Source: Mobula birostris
Taxonomy: Eukaryota
Direction: 5' to 3'
NCBI RefSeq assembly: GCF_030028105.1
Contig: NC_092371.1
Coordinates: 23,116,439-23,180,438 of the forward strand
DNA: 64,000 bases
Shown one piece after another: positions 24,085-36,749 of this stretch. The position numbers and the translations under genes were made by a program. The notes below the pieces were generated by a model. It worked only from the letters and a program-made list of their open reading frames with translations. It searched no databases and was not told the DNA's origin. Within the stretch, counting starts at the first letter, position 1, and each line of letters begins with the position of its first letter.

Positions 24085-26150
24085 ACCATGAGATATAGAA
24101 GTAGAATTAGGTCCATTGAATCTGCTCTGCCACTTCATCATGGCTGATCCAATTTTCCTCTCAGCCTCAATCTCCTGCCTTCTCCCCATATCCATTCATG
24201 CCCTAATCAATCAAGAATCTATCAACCTCTGTCTCAAATATACTTAAAGACTTGGTCTCCACACCTATCTGTGGTAATGCATTCCACAGATCCACCACTC
24301 ACTGGATAAAGAAATTCCTCCTCACCTCCATTCTATTCTGAGGCTGTGTCCTCTAATCTTAGACTCTCCCACCATAGGAAACATCCTTTCCACATTCACT
24401 CTATCAAGGCCTTTCACTATTCAATAGATTTTACTGAGGTCATTCCTCATTCTTCTGAATTCCAGTGAATACAGGCCCAGACCCATCAAACATTCTTCGT
24501 GTGGCAATCCATTCAATCCTGGAATTATTTTCATGAACCTCCTTTGAACTCTCTTCAGTCTCAGCACATCCTTTCTAAGATAAGGGGCCTAAAACTGCTC
24601 ACAACACTCCAAGTGAGGCCTCACTTGTGCTTTATAAATTCTCAACATTACATCCCTGCTTTTGTATTCTTGTCCTCTTGAAATGAATGCTAACACTTCA
24701 TTTGCCTTCCTCACCACAGACTCAACTTACAAAATAACCTTTAGGGAATCTTGCACAAGGACTCCCAAGTCCCTTTGCAACTCTTTTTTTTTGTATTTTC
24801 TCTCCATTTAGAAAATAGTCAACACTTTCATTTCTTCTACCAAAGTGCATAACTATATACTTGCCAACACTGTATTCCGTCTGCCATTTCTTTGCCCATT
24901 CTCCTAATCTGTCTTTCTGTAGCCTCTCTACTTCCTCAAAACTACCAGCCCCTCCTCCTATCTTTATATTGTCTGCAAACTTTGCAACAAAGCCAGCAAT
25001 TCCATCATCCAAATCATTGACATATAGCATAAAAAGAATTGGTCTCAACATACACCTCTGTAGAACACCACTAGTCACAGGCAGCTAACCAGAAAAAAAC
25101 TCCCTTTATTCCCACTCTTTGCCTCATACCAGTCAGCCACTGCTTTATCTATGCTCGAACCTTGGGCTCATAGCTTGTTAAGCAGCCTCATGTGTGACAC
25201 CTTGTCAATGGCCTTCTGAAAATCCAAATACACAACATCAACGAATTTTCCTTTGTCTATCCTGCTTGTTATTTCTTCAAAGAATTCCAACAGATTTGTC
25301 AGGCAAGATTTTCTCTCAAAGAAACCATGCTGACTATGGACTATTTTATTACGAGCATCCAATTACCCTAAGACCTCATCCTTAATAATCAACTCCAACA
25401 TCTTTCCAACCACTAAGTCAGATTAACTGGCCTATAGTTTCCTTTCTTCTGCCTGTCTCCCTTCTTGAAGAGGTGGGTGACATTTGCAATTTTCCAGTCT
25501 TCCGGAACCATTCCAGAATCTAGTGATTCTTGAAAGATCATTACTAATGCCTCCACAATCTCTTCGGCTACCTCTTTCAGAACCCTGGGGTGTACACCAT
25601 CTGGTCCAGCTGACCTATCTACCTACAGTCCTTTCAGTTTCCCAAGAACCTTTTCCCTAGTAATGTCAACTTCACACATTTCATGACCCCTTACATCTGG
25701 AACTTCCACCATATTGCTAGTGTCTTCCACAGTGAAGACTGATGCAAAATACTTATACTTCATCTGAAATTTCATTGTCCCCCATTACTACCACTCCAAC
25801 ATCTTTTTCCAGTGGTCTGAAATTCACTCTCACCTCTCTTTTACATTCTTTGTATCTGAAGAAACTTTTGGTATCCTCTTTAATATTATTGGCTAGCTTA
25901 CTTCGTTATTCCATCTTTCCCTTCTTAATTACTTTTCTCATTGCTGTCTGTTGGTATTTGAAAGCTTCCCAATCCTTTAACTTCCCACTAATTTTTGCTC
26001 GATTTTATGCCCTCTCTTTGGCTTTTATGTTTGCTTTGACTTCTATTGTTAGCTACGGTTGTGCCATCTTGCCTTTAAAATACTTATATATCCTGTGCCT
26101 TCCAAAATGCTTTAAGAAATTCCAGCCATTGCTGCTCTGCTGTCATCCCT
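24085..26150 (-). mobile_element. CR1 LINE ORF2 3' portion (same family as 43660-50150)
   Basis: ORFs 24722-25078 (KFADNIK) and 25168-25362 (QHGF..KSCLTNLLEFF..YLDFQKA); CR1 3' UTR at 24085-24200. Confidence 0.85.
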
Positions 26151-26884
26151 GTCAGAGACTGATTATTTCTTCCAATTAATTGTGCCTGACCAGCTAAGTT
26201 CCTCCACCATTTTGTATGTGTTACTCTGGATGTCCCGCATTTGCAGAATATCTTGTATTCAAAATACATTCTTTAGCCAGAGGGTGGTGAATCTGTGGAA
26301 TTCATTGTCTTAGACATCTGTGGAGGCCAAGTCATTGGGTATATTTTAAGCAGGGGTTCAGAGGTTCTGGATTTTTAAGTATATCAAATGTTATGGGAAG
26401 AAGGCAGGAGAATGGGGTTGAGATGGATAATAAATCAGCCATGGCCAAATGGTCTAATTCTGCTCCTGTGTCTTATGGTCTTACTACTACGCTCCAGCGT
26501 CATTTTCCAGCAGTCCTATATATATGGGACTGCTATATATATATCAAAAAAACTTTTGCTTTCCTCTTTTATATTATCAGCTAGCCTTTATGTCTCATCT
26601 TTTCTTCCCTTATTGTTTTAGTTGTCTTTTGTTGGTTTTTAAAAGCTTCCCACTAGTTTTTACTGTATTATATGCACTCTCTATTGCGTTTACTGTATAC
26701 TGTTTATCACTTCCCTTGTTGGCCATAGTTACCTCATCCTACCTTTAGAATGCTTCTTCTTCTTTGAGATGAACTGATTTTGTGTTCTCCAAATTACTCC
26801 CTGGAAGTCAAGTTATTGCTGCTTTACCATCATCACCACTAGCGTCCCCTTCTAATCAAATTTGGTCAGCTCCTTTATCATGAA

Positions 26885-27020
26885 CTGGCTGGTGGCATAG
26901 TGGCATCAGTGCTGGACTTTGGTGCAGAAGGTCCCAAGTTCAAATCCAGCCAGCTCCCTTGCATGCTTTCCATCCGTGCTGGATTGAGCGTCGGGCTAGC
27001 AACTTGACCTCCTAAAAAAA
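26885..27020 (+). mobile_element. tRNA-derived SINE (same family as 54020-54225)
   Basis: A-box tggcatagtgg and B-box-like agttcaaatcc; body cttgcatgctttccatccgtgctgg matches the reverse complement of ccagcacagatggaaagcatgcaag at about 54132-54156. Confidence 0.7.
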
Positions 27021-28049
27021 ACATCAGAAACATCAATAGCAAAAAGTTGATGACCTATGCTCTTTACTCTGCTGTAGTACTGATATATCCAATTTTAGCT
27101 TCTCTCTCTCAAACAATGGGGTGAATTCCATCATATAATCACTGCATTCTCTTGCCCTTCATGAACACGAAGCCAGAAACATTGTCTGGATAGGTGACGA
27201 GCTCCTTTACTGTTGTTGGGAGCTGCACTCATCCAATAGCCAAACAATCTAAAATTGCTGGGATCTGCAAGACTACAGCCCAGATGGTACCTTGTTGTTA
27301 GATCCCTGCTTATCTCTGACATTAAATTCATCTTTGGAGGTGATATTTCAGTTTCCCTTGAAACCATTTCTAAATTCCAGCATCATAGCTGGGCTGAATC
27401 TTATCCTCTCTCCTACATCCAATGGCTGATTTTGTACACACAAGCTCAGTGCAGCTGAAAACTCTGTGGACGTTGATCAACCTCCTTTATTTGTCATAGG
27501 ATTGCAGAATCTGCCTCCTCAACTCTCCCAGAGCACAGATAATGCAAATATTATTATTTTATCTTCTATTACAATTATCAGCGCCTGCAGATACATATGA
27601 GCATTTTGAACAGAAAAAAAAATTCTGGAAATAACAAATAAGGCAGGCAACATCTATGGAGAGATAAAGAGTTAATGTTTATAGCTGATGACTTTTCATC
27701 AGAACTGACAAAACTTAGAAAAAGAATGTCTGTAAGAGGATGGAGACCAGAAGATACCAAATGACACAATGGATGGTGGTGCCTGCTGAATAGTAAATTT
27801 TGGATATTTGCAAACAAACAGACCACCAAGGTAGGAGATCACCAACAAGAGAACAAACAAGACAAACTAGTCCTGCTTAAGAGTTTTGGCCTGAAACATC
27901 AACTGTACTTTTTTCCATAGATGCTGCCTGGCCTGCTGAATTCCTCCAGCATTTTGTGTGTGGTGCTCAGATTTCCATCATCTGCAGATTTGCTCTTAAG
28001 GTAGATCAGCAGATCTGTTTTCCAATTTTGAGCCATTCAATTATTCCCA

Positions 28050-29140
28050 TCAATTGTTTAACTAATCTTACAGATTTTTTTGAGGTTACCCATAAAGTTG
28101 ATAAGCAAAATGCACTGGATATTGTCTACATGGACTTTAACAAAGTCCTGAAAGGGAGGCTGGTCACGAAGTTTCAGTCGCTTGACATTCATAATTGGAT
28201 TCCACATTGGCTTTGTTAGAGAAGCCAAAGAGTGGCAGTAGATGGTTTCTCTCTGACTGGAAGCCTGTGACTACTGGTGTACCACAGCGATCCGTGCTGG
28301 GTCTGTTATTGTTTGTCATCTATATCAATGATCTGAATGATAATGTGGTAAACTGGATCAGCAAATTTGCAGATGACACCAAAATTGGGGGGACAGTGAA
28401 CAGCGAGGAAGGCTATTTGAGTTTGCAGCAGGATTTGGACCAGCTGGAAAAGTGGGCTGAAAAATGGCAGACGGAATTTAATGCAGACCACTGTGAGGTG
28501 TTGGAGTTTGGAAGGACAAACCAGGGTAAGACTTACACAGTGTACATTAGGGCACTGAGGTGTGCAGTAGAACTGAGGGATCTGGGAATACAGATGCATA
28601 ATCCCTGAAAGTGGCACCAAGGGTAGATAGGGTCATAAAATAAATCTTTTGGCACATTCTCCTTTATAAATCAAAGTATGGAGTATGGAGTTAGAATGTT
28701 ATATTAAAGTTCTCTAAGATGTTGGTGAGGTCTAATTGGAGTATTGTATGCAGTTCTGTTCACCTTTCCTCAGGAAAGATATCCATAAGATTATAGGAGT
28801 ACAGAAAAAAATACAAGAATGTTCCCGGGATTTGAGTTATAGGAAAAGTTGAATAGGTTAGGACTGCATTCACTGGAGTGTACCAGAACAAGGAGAGATT
28901 TGATAGAAGTATGGAAAATTATGAAGGTTATAGATAGGGTAAATGCAAGCAGGCATTTTCTACCAAGGTTGAGTGAGACTAGAACTAGAGGTCATAGGTT
29001 AAGAGTGAAAGGTAAAATGGTTAAGGGGAATTTTTTCACTGAGAGAATGGTAAGTGTGTGGTATAAGCTGCCATCAGAGATGGTGGATGAGAGTTCAATT
29101 TCAACGTTTAAGAGAAGTTTGGATATGTACATGGATATGT
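28050..29140 (+). mobile_element. CR1 LINE RT/3' fragment ending about 150 bp from the NUDT19-A stop
   Basis: ORF 28195-28608 (GVPQRSVLG, KFADDTK) and ORF 28849-29223 (RTRGHRLRVKG). Confidence 0.85.
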
Positions 29141-29292
29141 TGGGTGACTTTAGCCTTATTAAGTGTATTTTTATTGATATTGCTATTGTTAATAATTATG
29201 ATGAGAGAAATATTCAAAATTAAACAGATTGTTTTGAAGAGACATAGATATTTTATTTTGGGCTCATTCATTTAGCTTGCCAGTCAGATAGT

Positions 29293-30459
29293 TCAGAGAT
29301 TATTGTGGTGATTGTTTATTGTTAATGGGTGCACATGTTTATATCGGGGTTCAATATTCACATACAGAGTACAGTTATATGGTTTTCGGTATTCTGCCCG
29401 GTGCAGTCTAGTAACCTCTAGCCGTATTTCTTCCAGAGATTTGGAGGAAGTGAGGTTTATTTCTGTTTCCCCTGTGAAATCTGGATTTTCAGGATGAAGT
29501 TCATCCCCAGGATACAAGGCGGCAAAACCATCAGATGCCATTAGTCGGACCGAAAGCCATCGTTCACAACCTTCCACAGAACGATCTTGGCTAAACCTCT
29601 GCAAACCTTGAAGGCAGTGAAATCGGCAAAGTCTTCCTATCTCATACCATTGTGGGGGAGGAACGTAGAGTTTCTCAGATTGGTGATGCTCTATTGCCTC
29701 AATAGGGGTCATCCAACTGTGAGAAATTATTTCACGACCATCATGTACAGTGAAAGGAATTTCTTCCAAACAACAAATAAAGAATGCAGTATCAAATCTC
29801 CTTCTCTGAAAAGTGGGAGTCAACCAATTACTCCATTCCTTCAATGCCCAAATATTTGGTAAACAGTCCAACTCTTTGCACAGTTTTATAAAATTTGCTG
29901 CATTTTCCTGCACAAGAGGCCTCCAACTTGCAAGTTTATTTTGGCTATATTGTGGAAGCTGTATGATCCCACAGTTGTTCAAGTCTTTATCAGAGTGATT
30001 TGGCTTCACAAGGAGTACCCCCGTCTCTTCAAAAGTTTCCCTAATGGCACAAATACGGAAAGCTACCTCTCCAGGTATTTGAGATCCTAGCTTTTTCCTG
30101 TGTGTGGCAAAGATTGGAGGCTTCCTAGCAGTTTGTTTGACTGTGTCCAGCTTAAAGTTGGGTGACTGGCAAAAAGGATGGAACAACTGGCTCCATTCAT
30201 TGGAAAAATCACTTGAGCTTATCCTACCTCCTGGAAACACATAAGCATTGGGAAAAAAATTGCTCCTCGTATTCCGTTGTAACATAAGCAAGGTATAATT
30301 ATATCCTGTCTTCTCCAAGCATTTGTGAGGTAGATTCCTTCCTTGTGGTTGTTGACAGGTTTGCATATTTGTAGCACTTTTACTCAAATTGTGCATTCGG
30401 ATACCTGCAGCCAGGATCACAGTTGCTGATTCCGTCCAGTATTTTAAGTTTATGTTCAT
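29293..30459 (-). CDS. NUDT19: Acyl-CoA diphosphatase NUDT19-like, copy A (388 aa, single coding exon)
   Basis: W.E.ATVILAAG, LLMLQR..., FFPNAYVFPGG, split Nudix box with RICAIRETFEETGV, PNIWALKEWSNWLTP, RRFDTAFF and PPPQWYE are NUDT19 hallmarks. Acceptor ttgtttcttgcag|caaagATG places the exon start at 30464 and the ATG at 30459. Confidence 0.92.
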   Translation of the reverse strand: MNINLKYWTESATVILAAGIRMHNLSKSATNMQTCQQPQGRNLPHKCLEKTGYNYTLLMLQRNTRSNFFPNAYVFPGGRISSSDFSNEWSQLFHPFCQSPNFKLDTVKQTARKPPIFATHRKKLGSQIPGEVAFRICAIRETFEETGVLLVKPNHSDKDLNNCGIIQLPQYSQNKLASWRPLVQENAANFIKLCKELDCLPNIWALKEWSNWLTPTFQRRRFDTAFFICCLEEIPFTVHDGREIISHSWMTPIEAIEHHQSEKLYVPPPQWYEIGRLCRFHCLQGLQRFSQDRSVEGCERWLSVRLMASDGFAALYPGDELHPENPDFTGETEINLTSSKSLEEIRLEVTRLHRAEYRKPYNCTLYVNIEPRYKHVHPLTINNHHNNL

Positions 30460-31329
30460 CTTTGCTGCAAGAAACAATAAATTATTTATCTTTAACTGAT
30501 GGAAATGTTACTTTGATACAGTACATCAGTAATCAAATATCAATTACAACAATCAAATAATTATGTATTTGAAAGGAAAGAACTTGCAAGGATATGTGCC
30601 GAGGGTAAACTGAGAAGCAGATGAGACCATAAGTCTGTAAGTCCCAGGGACCTGAATGGCACATCCCAAAGGCTTGAAAGAGTTGATGCTCGGGTTATCA
30701 CCTTTAATCACCTACTTATTGTCAAAATCAAGTTTCAAAGTTGAGTTTGTTGTCATATGAGTAAGTACATGCATGTCAAGTGGAGTATTTCCTGTGAATT
30801 TGAGGGTATCAAATGTAATGGCTCGAAGGGCCAAATGGCCTACTCCTGCACCTATTGTCTATCGCAATCCATCCACTTAAGAAAGGAGGTGGGAATAAAA
30901 CAGGAATCTACCTATTAGCCTAATCTCAATACAAGGGAAACTGCTGGACCCTACCCAGGGATGTAATACCAGAAAATCTTGAAATGAATAATAAGAATAA
31001 GCAGAGTCAGCATAGATCAATGAAAGAAAACTAAGGTTTCACTATTCTACTGCAGTTCTTTGGATATTTGACTAGTAGAATAGATAAGGGGAATCTTGTG
31101 GTTGTGCTGTATTGGGATTTTCAAAAGGCTTTTCAGACGATCCCATACAGGAAGTGCTCTTTGGCAACTATTTTAACCATTGTTTCGTTCCTTCACTGAC
31201 AGGTTTGATCACCCAAAGGTGCTAGGAAGCTGTTTCAGAGAATATATGGCGTGCACCAAGTATTGGTTGGAGCAAAAGCAGAAGTGAAATAGAAGCTGGC
31301 AAAGTGGATGCAAGAATAAGTGCAAAATG

Positions 31330-33612
31330 GTGCACTGAAATGGATCTTCGATTTCCTCACTTGCAGACCACAGTCAGTTCGAATCACCTCACAATCTCCA
31401 TCAGCACAGGTACATCACAAGGCTACGTACTTAGCCCCTGCTCTACTCACTTTACACATATGACTCTGAGGCTAAGTACAGCTCCAATGCCCTATTCAAG
31501 TTTGCTGATGATACCACTTTCATAGGCCAAATCAAAGGTGGTGACGAATCAGCATAGGGGAGGGAGATTGAAAATCTGGCTGAGTGGTGCCATAACAACA
31601 ACCTCTCACTCAATGTCAGCAAGACCGAGGTCAGGATGTTGTTCACCAACTATAGCTCAGCATTTAATACCATCATTCCCACGATCCTGATTGAGAAGTT
31701 GCAGAACCTGGGCCTCTGTACCTCCCTCCGCAATTGGACTCTCGACCTCCTAAATCCTCGACCACAATCTGTGCGGATTGGTGATACCATATCCTCCTTG
31801 CTGACGATCAACACTGGCACAGCTCAAGAGGTGTGTGCTTAGCCCACTGCTCTACTCTCTATATACACATGACTGTGTGGCTAGGCACAGCTCAAATACC
31901 ATCTATAAATTTGCTGACAATACAACCACTGTTAGTAGAATCTCAGGTGGTGACGAGAGGGCATACAGGAGTGAGATATGCCAACTAGTGGAGTGGTGCC
32001 ACAGCAACAACCTGGCACTCAATGCCAGTAAGACGAAAGAGCTGATTGTGGACTTCAGGAAGGGTGAGATGAAGGAACACATGCCAATCCTCATAGAGGG
32101 ATCAGAAGTGGAGAGAGTGAGCACCTTCAAGTTCCTGGGTGTCAAGATCTCCGAGAATCTAACCTGGTCCTAACATATTGATGTAGTTATAAAGAAGGCA
32201 AGACAGTGGCTATAATTTATCAGGAGTTAGAAGAGATTTGGCATGTCATCAAATACACTCAAAAACTTCTATAGTTGTAAAGTGGAGAGCACTCTGCCAG
32301 GCTGCATCACTGTCTGGTATGGAGGGGCTACTGCACAGGATCAAAAGAAGCTGCAGAAGGTTGTAAATCTACTCAGCTCCATCTTGGGTACTAGCCTACA
32401 AAGCACCCAGGACATCTTTAGGGAGCGGTGTCTCAGAAAGGCAGCATCCATTATTAAGGGCCTCCAGCACCCAGGGCATGTCCTTTTCTCATTGTTACCA
32501 TCAGGTAGGAGATACAGAAGCCTGAAGGCTCACACTCAACGATTCAGGAACAGCTTCTTCCCCTCTGCCATCCGATTCCTAAATGGACATTGAATCCTTG
32601 GACACTACCTCACTTATTTTTTAATATACAGTATTTCTGTTTTTGCATGTTTTTAAAAATCTATTCAATATACGCAATTGATTTACTTTTATTTTATTAA
32701 TTTTTGTTTCTCTCTGCTAGATTATGTATTGCATTGAACTGCTGCTGCTCAGTTAACAAATTTCGGGTCACATGCCAGTGATAATAAACCCAATTCTGAT
32801 TCTGATTATTGACTTCAGGAGGAGGAAACCCAAGGTCAATGAGCCAGTCCTCATCAGACGATCAGAGGTAGAGAGGGTCAGCAACTTAAAATTCCTCTGT
32901 GTTATCATCTTAGAGGGTGTGTCCAGGGCCCTGCACACGAGTACAATTACAGCAGCGCCTCGAGTCCCTGAGATTTTGTGAAGATTCGGCATGACATCTA
33001 AAACTTTGACAGTCTTCTATAAATGTTTGGTGAAGAGTTTATTAACTGCTCGGTGTGGAAATACCAACGTCCTTGAACAAAGGTAGTGGATACAACCCAG
33101 TCCATCACAGATAAAGCCCTCCCCACCATTGTGCAATTCTACGCGGAGCGCTGTTGCAGGAAAGCAGCATTCATCAAATCAGGGATCCCCACCATCAAGT
33201 CATGCAATCTTCTCTCCTCTGCCATCAGAAAAAAGGTATAGGAGCCCAAGGACTCACACCACCAGGTTCAAGAACGGTTATTGCCATTCAATCATCAGGC
33301 TCTTGAACCAAAGGGGATAACTTCACTCAGCTTCACTCGCCCTGTCACTGAACTGTTCCCACAACCTACAGACTCACATTCAAGGACTTTTCATCTCATG
33401 TTCTTGATAGTTATTGCTTATTTATTTATTTATTATTATTATTTCCCTTTCTCTTTTTATTTGCAGTTTGTTGTTTTTTTGCACACTGGTTGTCCGCACT
33501 GTTTATGGGGTGTACCATTGATTCTATTAATGTTATTGGATTCATTGAGTATGCCTGCAAGAAAATAAATCTCAGGGTTGTACATAGCAACATAAATGTA
33601 CTTTGAACTTTG
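31330..33612 (+). mobile_element. Two nested Rex1/Babar LINEs (younger copy about 31631-32800 inside an older copy)
   Basis: ORFs 31636-31842 (NYSSAFNTI), 31835-32173 (YKFADNTT...FKFLGV) and 32243-32593. The inner copy ends in (attctg)n at about 32800, where the outer RT resumes (IDFRRRK). Confidence 0.85.
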
Positions 33613-33979
33613 AAGCATAATGCTTCAGCAAAAGGCTCTGTTGGGGTGCACAGAATGAGATCCCGCCACCACAGGCCACTGAGGAGTTAGACTGTGTGTA
33701 AAAACCTCTCAAACATTTAATTGGTGGAATGATAACATATTGCAAGTGTATGTATTGAAATGCTTAGTACAATAAAATAAAGTAATGATTAAGTCCCAAT
33801 TGTATTATTTTATACTTTCAGAATGAAGTATTTTTGGGGAAATAATGCAGTGCCAGGCTGCAAAATTAAGCAGAGACTTGAGCCTGGATAGAGAGCAGTG
33901 ACACCTTTGCTATAAAGAACTGAACTGAAGAAGCCCAGATTGGTGTTGATTTAAATCTGATTTAAAGCAGGGACCTAAA

Positions 33980-34310
33980 CAGTCCTTCCAGGTGTGGCAA
34001 AGATCCACACGCATCTCCTCCAAGCTTGTCTATTGTGTTCAGTGCTCCTGATATGGCCTCATCTACACCGGTGAGATCAAGTGCAGACCCAGCAACAGGT
34101 TCATAGAACACCTAAGCTCAGTCCACAATGGCGGTCCCGAGCTCTTAGTTGCAGACAAGTTCAACTCCCCTTCCCATCCCCACAAACCTACTCATCCATG
34201 GCCTTCTATACTGCCAGGATGAAGGCCAAAGCAAACTGAAGGAGCAACATCTTATATCCTATCTGCGCAGTCCACAACACAAGGGCTTGAATATTGAGTT
34301 TTCTAATTTT
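33980..34310 (+). mobile_element. Old Penelope GIY-YIG fragment
   Basis: cagtccttccaggtg...ctattgtgttcagtgctcc...tacaccggtgagatcaag; ORF 34149-34451 contains IHGLLYCQDE...LKEQHLI...GLNIEFSNF. Confidence 0.7.
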
Positions 34311-35639
34311 AAGTACCTTCACCTCCCCTCTTCTTCTCATCCTCCGGTCCTTTCATTTTTATCCCCTTTCCCACCCTCTCCCAGACCACTTATCCCATCT
34401 TCATCATACCCTCCTGGTTCATTCCACCCACTTCACGCATGGATTCCCTGAGACCATCCACCATCCCCCCCATCTCGTTCCAATTGCCCTTCACCTTTCC
34501 TCTGTCACCTTCATGATCTTGTCTATCTTCCTCCAGCAGCTGTCTCCCATCTTTATACTCCCCTCCCTTCACCTTGCTCAGACTGTTTCTTTCCTTTTTT
34601 CCCTCTCTCTGTACCCGCCTCTAACTACCTTTCAGCTGTTGCAGTCTTCCAACTCCACCTCCCTTACCCGGCACTACATGCCTGTGATCCCACACCCCTT
34701 CCCACCAACAACCTCGGGGAGGCGTATAAGAGTGAGGCAGATCAGCTGGTTGAGTGGTGTCGCAAAAACAGGCTTGCACTCAGCACCTGTACGACCAAGG
34801 AAGGGAAAGTTGGGAGGACACAGGCCAGAACTCATCAAGGGGTCAGCAGTGAAAGGGTGAGCAGATTCAAAGTACAGTCATTATCAAAAAATGTATGAAA
34901 TTATACAACCTTGAGATTTGTTTGCTTACAGGCATTTGCGGGAGCTTGAAGTCCTGGGTGGCAACATCTCAGAGTATCTATCTTGGGCCCAACAGACTGA
35001 TGCAATTACAAAGAAGGCATGCCAGTGGCCATACCTCATTAGGAGTTTGAAAAGATTTGGCATGTCACCAACCTAGCATATTTCTACATACATACCAAGG
35101 AGAGGTATGGGGTCTACAATGCACAGGACTTCAAAAGGCTGCAAAGGGTTTTAGACTTAGCTAGCTCCATTATGGGCAGTAGCCTCACATCATCAGGGCT
35201 ATCTTCAAAAGGCAGTGTCACAAGAAGGCAGCATCCATCAGTAATGACCCTCACCATCCATGACATGCCATCCTCATTACTAAAATTAACTTATGCTAAT
35301 TATTTTTATGTATTATACAGTACCGCTGCTGGAAAATAACAAATTTCATGATATAGAGTATGTCAGTGATAATACACCTGAGTCTGACTCCCTTCTTGCC
35401 ACTCCTCTTGATACCAGCAAGCTTGCCTTCCCACTTTGTCTTTACACCGGGTTTTGATCCGAGATGTCCGCGGTTTCTCCTCTCGGATGCCACTCGACCT
35501 GCTGAGTTCCCCCAGCATCAACACATGCAGAATTCAGGAAGCACTCAGCAAGTCATAGCGCATCTACAGAGGAAAATGAACAGTCGACGTTTTGGACCGA
35601 GTCCATTCATTGGCCTGAATCATCACCTGTCCATTCCCC

Positions 35640-36640
35640 TCCATCTGCAGATGCTGGAAATTTGAGCAACACACACAAAGTGCTGGAGGAACTCAGCAGG
35701 CCAGGCAGCATCTTTGGAAAAAAAGCACAGTCAATGTTTCGGGCCAAAACCCTTCAGCAGGACTGGAGAAAAAAACCTGAGGAACAGATTTAAAAGATGG
35801 GGGAAGGGGAGAGAGAACCACGAGGTGATAGATGAAACCTGGAGGGGGAGGGATGAAGTAAAGAGCTGGGAAGTTGATTGGTGAGATGAGATGAGAAAGG
35901 GAAAAGGGGATGGGAAATAGAAAAGGGGGAGAGTGGTTGGGGGGGGGCATACCTTAAGTTTGAGAAATCAATGTCCGTGCCATCAAGTTGGAAGCTACCC
36001 AAATGGAATACAAGGTGTTGTTCCTCCAACCCAAGTGTGGTTCTAAGTTAACATTTCACCTGTGAGTCTCTTGGGATTATTTACGGTGTCCGGTGCTCCC
36101 AGTGTGGCCTCCAGTACATCGGTGAGACCCAATGTAGATTGGGAGACTGCTTCACTGAGCACCTATGCTCTGTCCGCCAGAACAAGTGGGATCTCCCGGT
36201 GGCCACCCATCTTAATTCCACTTCCCATTCCGATATGTCTATCCATGGCCTCCTCTACTGCCGCAATGAGGCCACAGTCTGGCTGGAAGAACACCACCTT
36301 GTATTCCATTTGGGTAGCCTCCAACCTGACGGCATGAACATCGATTTATCAAACTGCCAGTAGTGCATCCCCCCCTTCACCATTTCCCATCCCCTTTTCC
36401 CTCTCTCACCTCATCTACAATCAACTTTCCAGCTCATAATTTCATCACCACCCCCTCCAGGTTTCACTCTCCCTGGTGGTTCTCTCGTCCCTCCCCCCAC
36501 CTTTTAAAATTACTCCCCAGCTTTTTTTCTCCAGTCCTGCCGAAGGGTTTCGGCTCGAAATGTTGACTGCACAATTTCTCATAGATGCGGCCTGGCCTGC
36601 TGAGTTCTAACAGCATTTTGTGTCCATTGATCCAAATTTA
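35640..36640. mobile_element. Divergently oriented pair of Penelope 3' ends (minus 35640-36040, plus 36062-36640), an inverted insertion structure
   Basis: ORFs 35790-36029 (minus) and 36139-36363 (plus) both encode EE.HLVFHLGS.Q.DG..ID.SN; pLTRs at both outer ends. Confidence 0.8.
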
Positions 36641-36749
36641 CAATGTCTGCAGTCACTCTTGTAAGTTCCCCAGCTCATCATTTGTTGCCCTAGATCCAAT
36701 ATCTCCAGTTTTTTTTCTGTGTCTCCCTTGATTTACAGCTAGGGTTTTT

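Noticed and set aside
26885-26960. Possible tRNA gene
   Set aside because: Degenerate SINE head followed by a repeat body that also occurs at 54.1 kb.
27130-27500. Possible hidden exon or pseudogene
   Set aside because: Stops in plausible frames and no recognisable family; a BLASTx would settle it.
29587-29862. Antisense ORFs conserved in both NUDT19 copies (also 60300-60575)
   Set aside because: Conservation simply follows from the near-identical sense CDS.
30460-30477. MFLAAK N-terminal extension of NUDT19-A
   Set aside because: TTG start lies in the intron polypyrimidine tract; the true ATG at 30459 matches copy B.
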